NCBI GenBank assembly: GCA_951406725.2
Contig: OX597832.1
Span: 20,336,001-20,400,000 of the forward strand
Direction of reading: 5' to 3'
DNA: 64,000 nt
DNA from: Octopus vulgaris
Lineage: Eukaryota
Each line of letters opens with the position of its first letter. The first letter of the stretch is position 1. Of this stretch, positions 40,799-54,748 are shown one piece after another. The position numbers and the translations under genes are program-made. Below the pieces are notes generated by a model. The model was not told where the DNA came from, ran no database searches, and was given only the letters and a program-made list of their open reading frames with translations.

Positions 40799-40850
40799 GT
40801 CTAACAGCCGTTTCCAGGATAATTATTAATTATGTCCCTTCATCGGAGAC
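40799..40850 (-). ncRNA. Type I minimal hammerhead (CCGAUGA variant)
   Basis: GUCU-CCGAUGA-AGGGACAUAAUU-AAU-AAUUAUCCUG-GAAAC-GGCU-GUU|AGAC. Confidence 0.65.
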
Positions 40851-40860
40851 TTAACCATCC

Positions 40861-40911
40861 TCTCCAATGAAGGGATGTAATTAATAAATATTCTAGAAAC
40901 AGCTGTAAGAC
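40861..40911 (+). ncRNA. Type I minimal hammerhead, core decayed (CCAAUGA)
   Basis: UCU-CCAAUGA-AGGGAUGU...AUAUUCUA-GAAAC-AGCU-GUA|AGA; palindromic stem III ACAGCUGU; G5 lost, consistent with CpG decay. Confidence 0.55.
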
Positions 40912-41116
40912 CTTCTATCTATAGATGTTCTAATATCTACATAGCCCTGGTTTTTTTTATCTTATTCCGCAAATAATTCTTATACACACACGCTAACAAA
41001 TAACCAACTTTGAACCCCTTATTCGCAAAACCTGGGACTAAACTATGGTTTATCTTTAGTACTTATTCAGTATTACCTGATACCTTTGGGTCTCAACGAC
41101 ACCATTACCCCTTATA

Positions 41117-41168
<52 letters not shown>

Positions 41169-41201
41169 AAAATATATATATATGTAATTACACACAGTGT
41201 C

Positions 41202-41314
<113 letters not shown>

Positions 41315-41714
41315 TATATAATTACACACTTAAGGATTGTAGTATTAGGAAATGATTTAAAATAAACCCAATTAGTAGACATTCCAATTAATCTCTGAGT
41401 GTACACACCAATACTATCGAAACGCGCCGCTTGTTGTCGGCGTAATAAAAATAATGATAAATATAAAAAAAAAACGGATATAGGAAATAAAAGCAACAGA
41501 ATGGATGTAGCTTAGTGTACACAACGAATAAGCTAGTAAAGAGACAACGCCTACATAACTAACAACGGCCGCCATTTACGTCCTGTCACTTAATCACGTG
41601 GGTTGTGCTGCTCTCGTATTTACACACCGCGAGAATGTGTGCTGAGAAGCATCATACAACGTGCAAGACGTAGATTATGCAGATCTTATACATTTAGAAA
41701 GCAAATATGTGCAG

Positions 41715-41769
41715 TTACTCACTAGCCAAGGCTCTCTTGCTCTTCACAGGCAGATATGTTCGATTTCTG

Positions 41770-41859
<90 letters not shown>

Positions 41860-41919
41860 CACTTACTCACTAACCAAGGCTCTCTTCTCTTCACAAGCAG
41901 ATATGTTCGATGATTTCTG

Positions 41920-41975
<56 letters not shown>
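41715..41975. repeat. Tandem duplication of a ~60-bp unique segment plus (TA)n
   Basis: TTACTCACTA.CCAAGGCTCTCTT..TCTTCACA.GCAGATATGTTCGAT...TTCTGTATGTG occurs at about 41715 and 41863. Confidence 0.9.
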
Positions 41976-41981
<6 letters not shown>

Positions 41982-43190
41982 CATATATACATACATACGT
42001 ACGTATATATAGATTCATACACACATATGTATATAAATGCACGACATGATTTTCTCTCTTGACCTATCTCTCCGACAGAATTCATTCTTCCATATAATCT
42101 TCCATTTCAAATATACGCATGTCAACCGCTTTATATGCACACACATTAACACACACACACACATATGTGTGTGTGTATGTATATGTGTATATAATTATAC
42201 ATATGTGTACTTCATATGTGTATAGATCTATATATTGATTTATCCTTCTGTCCATGACACAGGCACGCACGTACACATATATTTGTATTCAATTATTCGT
42301 GGATACATATATACATGCAGGCATCCACCCATCCGTCCATCGATCCATACATACATACATCCATCCCTTCATCCATCCATCCATCCATCTATCCATCAAT
42401 ACATACGTACATACGTAAATACATACATACATTCATCCATCCATCCATCCATCCATACATACATACATACATACATACATACATACATACATACATACAT
42501 ACATACATACATACATACATACATACATACATACATGCATACATACATACATACATACATACATACATACATACATACATACATACATACACACATATAT
42601 ACAAATATAAAGACATCATTCGGTTACTATAAACGAAACGCAAAAACGTGTCATTAATCGTTGAAAATATCAAATGTAAAGAAACCCTATTTTTTCTTAC
42701 TTATTTCACCTTTACTTCACTCGCTGTTTCCAGAGAACATCATGGCGTGTGCATACAACAAGAAGAGAGTGGAAATCAGTTGACACCATTAATGACAGAG
42801 TAGTTATGTTGGGGTTGTAGTGGTTGAGTGGCTGGCAGAGAGGTAATCAAGACCTTAGTAAACAATTAAAAAGGTTTCCTCGAAGATTTTTGGCCGGGCC
42901 TTTAGATATGTAGCTTTTTACATTGGCAAACAACCGGAAGATGTACGGAAATTGTTGAAATTTTGCCTCGTTGAAACACAAGCTAGTTCTCCACACGTCG
43001 TATGAATGTCGTTTTTCTCTCTGTTTTCACTCGTCTTTTTTGTTGTTTTGTTTTGTTTTCGTCTCGTTTTGTTTTTCCTCACGTATTTAGAATAAGATAT
43101 AAAAAAAAAGTTCCATCTTAGGGAATTATGCAAATCTGGTGTGAACGTGAGCGAGAGAAATGAGATGGAAGAACAGATAATGTTGCTTCG

Positions 43191-43268
<78 letters not shown>

Positions 43269-43282
43269 GCAACTACTTATTT

Positions 43283-43497
43283 AAGGCGGCAAGATTGCAG
43301 AATTGTTAGTACGCCGGGCAAAATGGATGGCGGTAATTCGCCCGTCGCTGCGTTCTGAGTTCAAATTCCTCTGAGGTCGACTTTACCTTTCATTCTTACG
43401 TGTTCGATAAATAAAGTACCAGCTGAGAACTGGAGTCGATGTACTCGACTATCCTACCCACCAAACGTCAGATAGGGTACCTATAGTAGAAAGGATT
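43283..43497 (+). mobile_element. SINE family B
   Basis: AAGGCGGCAAGATTGCAGAA head, GAGTTCAAATTCC, GTCGACTTTACCTTTCATTC core. Confidence 0.85.
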
Positions 43498-43504
43498 ATT
43501 ATTG

Positions 43505-44390
43505 CCTTTGCACAGCTTCTAACGCTGGAGATGTACTGAAGTGTAAGCTGTTCACCGTACGAAGGTAATTAATCTGTTCCAAGCAGTGCGGTTTTCTGCA
43601 AGTGCTCCACACTTATTGCAGCCCCTATTTGTTCCATTTACCTCACAAGATTTTTACTCACTGTTCCCAGGGCTCCGACAATTATTGGTACAACTACCAC
43701 CTTTTTTATCGACCGCAAATGCTTAACCTCCCAAGCTAACCTGTCATATCTCTCAACTTTTCTTTCTTACTTATCGCATACATTGGTGTCAACTGGGCAT
43801 GCTATATCTATGATCCAGTATAGTTTGTTTTCTTTCTCAATTAAGACTATGTCTGGCTTCCTATTCTCTATTTCATGGTCGCACTGGATCATAAAATTCC
43901 GCGGGATCTTTGCATTATCATTTTCGATGATGCCTTCAGGTTTGTGGTCGTACCACTTTTTTAATCTGTCAAGTCCATACATGTTGCAAAGTGTCCAATG
44001 GACAAGCCTTGCTACATTATCAGTCTCAGTCCCGGCTTGTACTCCACCTTAAATTTGTCTGTCATTTCTTTCTCCATCAATGTATGCATTTCCAATAACC
44101 TCAAGTTCTTGTAGTCCGTCACTTCTATCTGCTTCATAATCTTCCCCGACGGTATCGTTAACCCGTCCATGCGTTTGATTTTGCTTCTCATAAAGATGTA
44201 TTTATTGTTTCTTGTCCATATCCACATATTCTGCAGTTATTTGTTATGTTTCATTTCATTATATGTTTTTGGTAATTTCTGGTAGGGAAATCCTTCAGTC
44301 TCTCCTTTGAGTCCTGAGCTTCTCAACCATTGCTGGGATTTTTCTCTGTCTATTTCTTTTGCATTTAGTTTAGCCCGATGTTGTGTTTAG
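43505..44390 (-). mobile_element. Third Dong/R4-like fragment, internally deleted
   Basis: WYDHKPEGIIENDNAKI..NFMIQCDHEIENRKPDIVLIEK...IIDIACP (REL endonuclease) and DYKNLRLLE (YKYLG-like); 3' end at short ATT repeats. Confidence 0.8.
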
Positions 44391-44429
44391 CCCGATGTTG
44401 TTGTGTTTACGTCTACTTCACTTAAGTGT

Positions 44430-44870
44430 CCGATAGAATAAGTACCAGCCTTACAAAGAATACGAATTATGGTTGATTGTTTCAACTAAAGGCGGTGCTC
44501 CAGCATGGGCGCAGGGAAATATCTGTAACACGTAAACGAATAAAAGAATAAATGTGTGTGTGTGTACGTTATGTATGCATGCATATCATCTCATTTTTAC
44601 TTCTTCCAGTCGTTAGCCTGCGGTCATGCTGGGGCACAGCTTGCTAAGTTTTTTCTCGAATAAATCGTCATCAGCTTTGTCATTCTCTTTTGCCGAAACA
44701 CTATGTTACGGGAAATAAAATGCTCCATCGCTAGTTTTCAAATGGTGGTTGGGAATAAAATATAGGCACAAAGACAGACAGAAACACAAACACACATACA
44801 CGCGCATGTGCATATACGATGGACAGCTTTCCATTTCCGTCAACCAAACAGACTCACAAACTTTTGGTCT
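44430..44870. mobile_element. Two family A SINE 3' halves, tail-to-tail (44430-44552 +, about 44590-44870 -)
   Basis: GGCGGTGCTCCAGCATGG on plus; CATGCTGGGGCAC and CTCTTTTGCCGAA as reverse copy. Confidence 0.7.
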
Positions 44871-44939
44871 ATGTTGTCGCCGATGCATAACAGCCTCTCC
44901 TCTACACGCCACTGACGTTATCCAAGAGAAAAGCAGAGG

Positions 44940-45102
44940 CCGAAACAGCTTGGCACTAGTTACGTTGCTACTCAATTCTAGAGCTGAAGGAACTAGATCG
45001 ACGTGAAATAAAGTGTTACTCAAAGGGTACAACACAGCTCGGCCTGGGAATCGAACTCATTATCTCATTATTGTGAGCCCGACACTCTAATCACTTAGCC
45101 AT
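44940..45102 (-). mobile_element. tRNA-derived SINE head (family C-like)
   Basis: Minus strand TGGCTAAGTGATTAGAG (box A), GAGTTCGATTCCC (box B), ACACTTTATTTCACGT. Confidence 0.65.
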
Positions 45103-45849
45103 TTATATATTCATATCAAAACATGTGTGTATGTGTTTGTTGGTGGATGTAAGTATGTGTGTGTGTGTGTTTGCGCCTGCAATGAAGCAGCGTGGAATAC
45201 ACTGTGTGCCCTACATCTCTGACAACCAAACATAGTTCGTTAAATACTGAACAGGGCATTGCCATTGGCTTCCATGTGTGCGTGTGCATAATTTTACTAT
45301 ATATGTATATATGTGCGTATATGCATGTAACAGCTGTTTGTGCGCATGCGCATGTGCGTGCGAGTGTGCGTGGTGAGTAAAGTGATATGGAACATTGTAA
45401 CGATAATTTTAAACTGTAACTTTCTGTCGTAAGGTGTGGAGATGCTGGAGAAGTATGTAACGGATGTGTTCTTTTTTCCTTTTTTCATTTTCTTTTTTCT
45501 TTTTTTTTTTATTGTAACTGATGACATTAGCATGTGTGTCCGTTCAGAGTTGTGTACTTTATGCTCTCGCTCGACTAAGTGGAACACGGTTAATACCAAA
45601 AGCTGAGTGAAGCCTAATGGGTTCAGAACATGTTAAGGATCATCAGTTCCCTCCTGATTGACATGTCGTCACATAAACAACCATAGACCCAACCGCAAAT
45701 GTACATATATTCGCAAACAGACCCGAAAACAGACAGAATCACACACACAAACATACACATACAGAAACATACGTTACATACATCGTGATAAATATCTGCT
45801 AACACATTTTACTCCCTATTGCCCTCTTTCTCTTGCTTTCTATTAAACC

Positions 45850-45903
<54 letters not shown>

Positions 45904-45904
45904 A

Positions 45905-46024
<120 letters not shown>

Positions 46025-46154
46025 TGCTAATATATACACGCACACACACATATGTATGTGTGTCTGTGTGTGAGAGCTTATTTGTAGTACAGAATAATTA
46101 TAGGTAGCATTCTACATACACATATATACATAAAAACACATGTGCATACATATA

Positions 46155-46212
<58 letters not shown>

Positions 46213-46797
46213 TGTGTGCGTGTATATATATATATATATATATATATGCATATATATACATGGTTATATATACATGCTTATACATATATCTATATATGTG
46301 TATATTTGTATATACATAGCTTCACAAATTCGATGATATTCAGTGGTAGAATGATATATACATAGGCACAACACCAGGAAAGTCCTCAGGGTAAAACATG
46401 CTTGTAATGTATGCGTAGGCATGAAATCTGAAGTGGCTGCACCAGGCAGAACCAGATAAAGCTTTCAAATGATCGAAAACTTTCCGACACAGGAAGGCAT
46501 AAATACGCACCCATATTTACACATACGTATGCATAAACATATAAAAAAAACACATGATTACACTTATATACACCTCTGTGTCTCCACATCTCTGTCACAT
46601 TTCTCCGTTAATTTTTTTTTCTGTATTGTTATATATAAGCATTTCTGTGTATCCATTGAGGAGACATACATACATACATATAAACGTATATATATATACA
46701 AAAGACGACGACAGGTTATAAATATATATATAAGTATATATTGGACGACAGACAGACACACAAGTAGATAGATCGATAGGTAAATAGATAAGTAAGT

Positions 46798-46859
<62 letters not shown>

Positions 46860-47457
46860 TGTATGTATGTATGTATATATAATTACCTGGGTTATTGTTC
46901 GTATATTTGTATTAACATTAAACTGTGGTATTTTACAACGAGGCTCTAACAAGGAATGTATTCTTTGGGATTCTAATTAACACAGACAAATACTTACATC
47001 CCACCCCACTTGGTTTTAAGCGAAAGGAAATAAATTTATATTAACATCCAATCAAAATTAGTTCGCTCCTCGAAGACAGAAAAATTTTTTGCTATGCCCT
47101 GTAAATTATGTTTTTCCCACAGCACAAAAACATCAACTCTTTAACGTACAAAATATTTTTGTTAGATAATCTTGTAGGAAATATGCTTTTTTCCAATATT
47201 CAACTTGCAGTTACAGAAATGAATCCACGAATCTAACACGAAGCCGTATAATCAGAAAAAATACATCGCCTGAACGTATCCAGAATATCTGAAAGGTATT
47301 TGTAGCTAACGAATTTTACATACGTTAGAGTTATCATCGACATTTTAGAATGGGAAACAGGGTACATTTTTGGGGAGATACCCACATAATGTGTATAGGT
47401 CTTCAGTGGAAACATTTTAATATGATTAAGGTCAGTTAACCGTTGATTTACTAATGT

Positions 47458-48123
47458 CCATTTCTAATTTGGCACAGCACCAGCAAATTAAGGTTAAGTC
47501 AATTACATCTACCCAAGTGTTCAGCTTGTGCTTATTGTATTGACCCACAAAGGATGAAGGGTAAAGTTAATTTCTGTGGTATTTGAACTCAGAACGTAAA
47601 GACGGACAAAATGCCGTTATGCATTGTGACCAGCATGCTAACGATACTGCCAGGTCGCCGTCCTATGTAGATTCAGTAATATTGGTTTCAGATTTTGGCA
47701 CAAGGCCAGCTATTTCAGGGAGGGGACTAGCTGAGTGCATCGGCTACAGTACTCAACTTGCACCTATTTTATTGACCCCGAAAGGATGAAATGTAAATCG
47801 ACCTCGGCGGAACTTGAACTCAGAATGCGAATGTGGACGAAATGCCACTAAGCATATTGAACGGATTGCTAACGTGTATGCCAGCTTGGTGCCTTCATAG
47901 ATTAAGTAAAATCAACATTTCTAGACATTGGAAGAGCTTTTAATACTCACCACTGCATACGTTCTGAGTTCAAATTCCGCCGATGTTGGCTTAGGCTTTC
48001 ATCCTTTCTGGGTCGGTTAAATAAGTACCAGTTACGCACTAGAGTCGATCTAATCGATTTAATCCCTTTGTCAGTCCTTATTTGTTCCCTGTATGTTTAT
48101 CCCCCTTGTGGGCAATAAAGAAA
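47458..48123. mobile_element. Cluster of three family B SINEs (47458-47660 -, 47684-47895 -, 47959-48123 +)
   Basis: GACCCC.AAAGGATGAA and TTGAACTCAGAA on two minus copies; forward copy has core and CCCCTTGTGGGCAATAAAGAAA tail. Confidence 0.8.
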
Positions 48124-48866
48124 TATATATTCACCACGATAATGTTTAATCTTTTTCCTTTTTAATTATTGTCATTGATAACTCTAGATATAATTGAATG
48201 ATAGATATGACAGATATTTGTGTCATACTTATTTATGAAGTTCGAAAACATCTTAGTAAAATCTAGCACGACTGTAGGTTCTAAATTCATCTCAATTCTT
48301 TTATGGTTGTGAACAAAATGGTTTACATACAACGACCCTACAGTGAAATATCGAATGAATGTTAAACGAAACTGTTATAAGGAACTAAAAAAAATTAGGA
48401 TGCGGATATAATTACATTGTTAAATTGTGAAATATTTCAGTGTCGTGGAAAACATTCAGTTCTCCTAAGTAAAGGGTACTAGACATTTCTATAGCTATTC
48501 CGATGTTCTCCAATATCGAAACATTAGCTACAATACATAAATTGGTGCATAACCAATCCTTTTACTGAATAGTTCCAAAGATTGCTGTAAAGAAAGTGCA
48601 AGATATCAATCTCAGTAGAGCAGCGAGTCTTATAAACGAGATGACCTTCTACTAGAGAGATCATTTGGCAAAGGCCATGGGCCCTTTATTGATAGTGGTT
48701 TGACTTCACTCTCGGGTACTAATCTCAGTATTTCTACGTCCCTCTATACATATACACATACATACATACATACATACATACATACATACTTACATACATA
48801 CATACATACATACATGCATGCATACATACATGCATGCATACATACATACATACATACATACATACA

Positions 48867-48900
<34 letters not shown>

Positions 48901-48911
48901 CATGCAAAAAT

Positions 48912-49014
48912 GCCCTGTTGATGTTGTTGAAATTCTGACGAAGGGGCCTGCGGTGTAGGTTAGAAACCAACCGTTCTCTATTGGCAAGAAATCTTGAAAT
49001 GAAAGTGAATTATG

Positions 49015-49015
<1 letters not shown>
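48912..49015 (+). ncRNA. Partial hammerhead motif in a short microsatellite-flanked element
   Basis: CUGACGA (48935-41), stem II GGCCUGC-GGU-GUAGGUU, GAAAC (48963-67); stem III and cleavage triplet unclear. Confidence 0.45.
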
Positions 49016-49054
<39 letters not shown>

Positions 49055-49055
49055 G

Positions 49056-49105
<50 letters not shown>

Positions 49106-49441
49106 TGACACCACACGCGCACACATATAGATATACGTGCATATGTTCATATTTATATATTTACACATACTGACACATAAATTCATGAAAGATTTGTTTC
49201 TAAGTTTAAATAACAGAATAATGTGGAAAGTTAAACTAGAGGAATCCATGAATAATAAATAGAAATATTTTCAGAAGTATGTGAAAATGTTAGGTAAGGT
49301 AAAAAATATTAAAGAAAGATTTTTAATTCATATTAAAGATTGGACTTGAAATAGGCAGATGTTTCACAACATATAAAACACGATTTCTTCAGAATCTTCA
49401 TTGTATGTGACCGTATGTATGTGACTGTATGTGACTGTATG

Positions 49442-49491
<50 letters not shown>

Positions 49492-49516
49492 AGAGAGAGA
49501 GAGAGAGATGTACATT

Positions 49517-49577
<61 letters not shown>

Positions 49578-49582
49578 TGTAC

Positions 49583-49643
<61 letters not shown>

Positions 49644-49651
49644 CATATATG

Positions 49652-49733
<82 letters not shown>

Positions 49734-49908
49734 GGTTTACACAAATTCCTACTTATGTGTCTACGTGTATTAATCTCTATTTCTCTCGGTTTATACGTGC
49801 GAACATATGTATATAATATGTCTTGTGTAAAGAATAATGTCAGAGGAAAAGCAGAAATTTATAATAAATATTACTTACAATGGCTCAAAGCACACACACA
49901 CACACACA

Positions 49909-50017
<109 letters not shown>

Positions 50018-50399
50018 AAAGAGATAACAAATGAGAAGCTGATTATTTTATGAACTTCATTATCTTACACACGTTTCCGCTATGACATTCAGTGAACTCG
50101 TAGTTGAGTGACTGAGTAACAGCTTACAGTTGTATCAAAACCTCAAATATGAAGTTGATAAAGTAATCCCTTATTCCTTTGTCATCTCTTTCCTTCTTAC
50201 CGCTGTGTACCCGAATATTGCTTCGTCCAGAAGCATACGTATACTGAGTTCAAAAACAGAGCACTGGTATTGAAATATCTTTACAATATATTAAAATATA
50301 TTGTACATAAACTCATACACACACCTACGCACACACATATATGATACACGTATAAAGATATGTATGTGTGTGTGTGTGTGTGTGCGTGTGTTTGGGTGT

Positions 50400-50975
50400 A
50401 ATTATAATTCAGTTGCATTAGGTACTTAAATTGAGGCACCAAACATTTTAGGTATAGTTCAAACACCTCCAAGTTAGGTGAACAGAATGTAAATAAGTAA
50501 CTAGGATATCTATGTATCAATACATTACGGCCGTTTCGAGCGGTTCCATTTAATCAATCAATGAAAACATCACATCAATTTAAAACCGCTCTCCTCAGAT
50601 GAAGCTAACTATATAGATTTCCAGTATAAAAGATAAACAATTTTAAACAAATCTATATCAATACTAGAAGCTGAAATAATTAGATCGTTTCTTTATGGTA
50701 TATCAGTAGCAAAATGAGTTTAGAAAATGATGCATATCTTATTAAGACTAGTATAATTTAGAGAGTAGCAGAGGAAATTAGTGGGAGTTGAAGATATAGT
50801 AGTGGTGAGATAGTTATTTATATTTCGAAGATTTTATGTAGTATGTATAGAATTAAATCAATTGGGAGTTGTCAACTGTGTTGTAGTTGATGGTGATAAA
50901 TCAATTAATGTCAGACAATCTCCCAGACGTTTGATTTTTGAATTGATACCTGAACAACCTTGTTACTTATTTACG
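50400..50975 (-). mobile_element. Homolog of the 20.5-kb inverted-repeat element
   Basis: 50400-50700 is the reverse complement of 20600-20900; a short inverted arm ATTGATACCTG..TTGTTACTTATTTAC lies at 50942-50974. Confidence 0.75.
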
Positions 50976-51121
50976 TTATATGTATGTATATATGTATATA
51001 TATGTATACATATATACTACTGGGTCTGGGGAGACTGTACCCAGAACCATTTAGTTGGCAAGCAAGCTACATACCACAGAGCCATTCTTGCGCTGATATA
51101 TATATTTATATATATATATAT

Positions 51122-51295
51122 AATAAAATATAAAATGGGACAAGCACGCAAAACATCCCGACAACTAGGTGATACAAAAAGGGACAACAAAACATCAAGA
51201 TAGACGATACAAGAAAAAACACGGACGGGTCATTTAAAGCTTTTTATCCTCAGTCAAGAACCGGATCATCCTCGCAATTTCGGCTCATTAATCTC
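51122..51295 (-). mobile_element. Diverged 5'-truncated relative of the 777-bp unit, retaining the 3' half of the permuted HHR
   Basis: Minus strand GAGAUUAAUGAGCC-GAAAUUGCG-AGGAUGAUCCGGU-UCUUGA-CUGAGGA-UAAAAAGCUUUAAAUGACCCGUCC aligns to 8301-8373; flanked by (TA)n. Confidence 0.8.
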
Positions 51296-51648
51296 ATATA
51301 TATATATATAAATATATGTGTGTGTGTGTGTATACATAAAGATATATAAATAGATAGATAGATAGATGGAAGTATATATGATGAATATATAAGAATAAAG
51401 CTATCCAGGCGAGTACCGTACGATCTCTGAGGTATAGTGTAGTTCATGGCTAGGATCCCTTAGGGTGAGCAATCCCACTGTAACTGATCTGATGGGTAAA
51501 TCCCGGCTTATTCCGCTTGATTGGGGATATTTTCAAGAGTGTAATTCCAAAACAACTACAAAGAATAAGTGACTGCTATGTATTCAAATTTTTATCGTAA
51601 TATTCCAGTAACCGTATTCTTTGTAATTGATCCGAATTTACACACCCT

Positions 51649-51712
<64 letters not shown>

Positions 51713-52258
51713 CATACATACATATATACATACATATATATGTATGTGTGTACATGTATGTGTGTGTGTGTGTGTGTGTGTGCATCATATACAAAGTTGT
51801 TCGTAAATCAAGCAGGATTAATTCATTCCCATGTTAAGGTTGAGCTTTAGTTACATTTCAAATAAGATTTTGGGATTCTCTTGAAAGCAAAATAATTAAT
51901 TCCATTACATAATTATCAATTAATTTAATAATTAGCTTATTAGAAGAGGTTATAAAAATAAGTTGTTAAAATGGAGAAATATTTGTAAGCATGTTGCAAA
52001 ATATACTTTTAAGAATTTCAAATTCTGTTACACTTTTCAGATCGCATTTCAAGAAATTTGAGAATGTTGAATATCTTTCACGAAATTTTGAGGGCCAATT
52101 TGATACACTTCACTGAGGATAACCACGTAGTACACACTTAGGGAGCCTCGTTGATACACTACTAAAGATATTTGGGTTATACACTCTGTTTTGTGAAAAG
52201 GATGGCTTTGAACTGACCAAGGCCATTCATCCCATGTGATGAGAATGTATTTCATGTA

Positions 52259-52779
52259 CCGCAAATTCTCGAGTATAGTCCGCCCTTGAGCATGAAAACG
52301 CTGGGAATTTTTAGGGGGCTGTACCTCTGAAAAACCTAAACCTTGTGTATAATACGCACCCATTCTCTAACTTGAGTCAAGGCGGTCTATATAATGTCCT
52401 TGGTTTCTAAAATTGTATACCGTAACGTCCTTTATTATTATTGTATATATATTATAAAGCAAACGTGTAGCTCTTTGTGCGTTTTGTTTGCAGAAAATAA
52501 AGAAATATCAGTAATAACAGTAATAACGTTTAATAAATGTTGCTTACTGCAAGTTATGGATGATTCTTTTATGACTTCATTGCTTTCAGGCTTAGCTTGA
52601 GGTATTTTCGCGCCCTACATCACAAAATGTGTCTGAATAAACATTGCCGGACAGCAAATAGAGATTCGAACATTGCTTAGAAAATAATTTTCATTTTTAA
52701 CCTCGTATATAGTACGCAATAGGGATTTTGACCTTTAAATTTTGGGGAAAAAATGCGGATTATACTCGAGGATTTACGG
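52259..52779. mobile_element. Tc2/pogo-like (Tc1/mariner superfamily) MITE
   Basis: 25-bp TIRs CCGCAAATTCTCGAGTATAGTCCGC / CCGTAAATCCTCGAGTATAATCCGC (22/25 match), TA on both sides (52257-58, 52780-81), no transposase. Confidence 0.8.
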
Positions 52780-53039
52780 TAATTGAAACAAACAAATCAA
52801 CACGTCTTATGTATAAATCTTCGTTATTCCATTTTCTAATACACGTTATTGCTACTAAAATAACAACAATATAATATTCATTGAATAATTGTAAGTAACG
52901 ATAAATAAAACGATGAAGACCCCCAAGAGAACCTTTTCACTGTTTTTCAACTTGGAAGGTATCACAACTAAGTACTTTCCAAATAATATTCTGCTGTCTA
53001 ATACAAAGAACCACCGGGTGAATAGTAATATGTTGTTTT

Positions 53040-53299
53040 GTTTCGCCCTTTTCAAGCCTAGCCAGACTTATGGGAACGGTTTCCCGGTTTCTATGGCGTA
53101 TGTGTTCTCCCCAGCTGGACGGACGCCAGTCCATCGCAGCGTTACTCAAGAAACAGGAACAAAGAGTGAGAGAAAGTCGGGGCGAAAGAGTACAACAGGG
53201 GTCGCCAACACCCCCTGCCGGAGCCTCGTGGAGCTTTAGGTGTTTTCGCTCAATAAACGCACAACGCCTGGTCTGGGAGTCGAAACCGCAATCCTCCGA
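53040..53299 (-). mobile_element. SINE family C with V-domain-like core
   Basis: Minus strand box B-like GGTTTCGACTCC and GCTGCGATGGACTGGCGTCCGTCCAGCTGGGG, shared with 56466-56642. Confidence 0.75.
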
Positions 53300-54383
53300 A
53301 TAGTAATAAAGCTGTAGTTATACAAATCAACATGACCCTAACAGTTTGCTGTCATTGCGTCTTTACCTAACACTTCCTGCTTATAAAAAATGTAATATAT
53401 TTCCATATACACAATAAATATAGTTAGTAATGGCATGAAGTTTACTACACACGCGTTTTCTGCTTATAAAATAAAGGACATATGTAACTAAATGGAAAGC
53501 AAAAGAACAACACTATTTTTTTCCGTGCAAATATCTTAAGAAGTATATTCTTTTATCAATGTAAATTACTTTTCACTGCAGTCTCCACTCTTTCTTACCT
53601 TTTTACAAAACAGCAAATATTTTGGAATATACCGCTGAATGTGATACGGTTTTTGTGGCAACATCTCACAGATATAAAGATAAATATTATACTATTCTCT
53701 AATTTAAGACTTAGATAATATCTGTCGCATACTAATTCAGAACATATTTTCATAGAGTCAAGTTAAGAGAGGAAACGGATTAACAGAATGAAAAATTAAC
53801 GAGCGAATTTGTTGATAAAATGAATCTATCATCTGAGAAATTCGCAATATAATAATTACTCGAAGTAGCGGATAAGAATACGAGAGAGCTAGAATGAGCA
53901 CTAGAATGATTTCGAAAATAACAACACAACGCAAAAGAATTGTTAAAGGAAACCTCACATGGAATACTGAAGTGATGAAGTTTTGGTCTTGTTACTAGCC
54001 TCAAGCTGATACCTCGAGGCGTAAAATGATTAAAAACCATTAAGGTTTCGCTGCCACACAAGAATATTTTGCTGTTCTCAAATGGTATAAATTTAAGCTT
54101 TATCCGCTTAGTAACGAAAATAAATAAATAAGAAACTAACAAGTAAAAGGAAAGAAAAAAAAAACAAACAAAATAAAATATAAATGAGAAAGAAAGTAAT
54201 ATATGAAGAAAGAGAAAATGAAAACAAAGACGAGAAGCTGAAGCGAAAAAAAAGAAAGAAAGTAAGAAAGAAATAAAGAAAGAAAAAACAAACACTTCAG
54301 AGTGAATATTAAGCGTGAACAATGGCATACATATGCGCCCTCACTTGACCAAGTATACTTTCAAAAGCGGTCAGAGAGAAACA

Positions 54384-54748
54384 AATAATAATAATAATAA
54401 CAATGATAACAATATTAATAATATTAACAATAATAATAATAATAATGATAATAATGAAAATAAAAATAATAATAATGAAAATAATAATAGTAATAATAAT
54501 AATATTAATGATAATAATAATAATAATAAAAGCTACAATAATAATAATAATAATAATAATTACACGAAGAAGGAGGAGGAGGGAGGAGGAGGAGAGGGAA
54601 GTGGTGGAGAAGAAGGAGGAAGAGGAAAGGAAGAAGAGGAGTAGGAAGAGGCGGAGAAGAAGACAGAGGAGGAGGAGGGGAAGGAGAAGTAGAAGAAGAA
54701 GAAGAAGAAGAAGAAGAAAGAAGAAGAAGAAGAAGTAGAAGAAGAAGA
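54384..54748. repeat. (AAT)n and (GGA/GAA)n compound microsatellite
   Basis: Direct inspection. Confidence 0.93.

Larger units (their letters stand above)
40729..41113 (+). mobile_element. PLE-terminus-like element: about 120-bp inverted repeat with a hammerhead in each arm, plus 3' extension
   Basis: 40729-40849 is the reverse complement of 40861-40982; the extension runs to (TA)n. Confidence 0.75.

Noticed and set aside
49355-49400. Minus-strand CUGAAGA...GAAAC with a weak stem II
   Set aside because: No stem III, NUH triplet or stem I partner; similar weak remnants near 40070, 41395, 46427 and 51490 were also not called.
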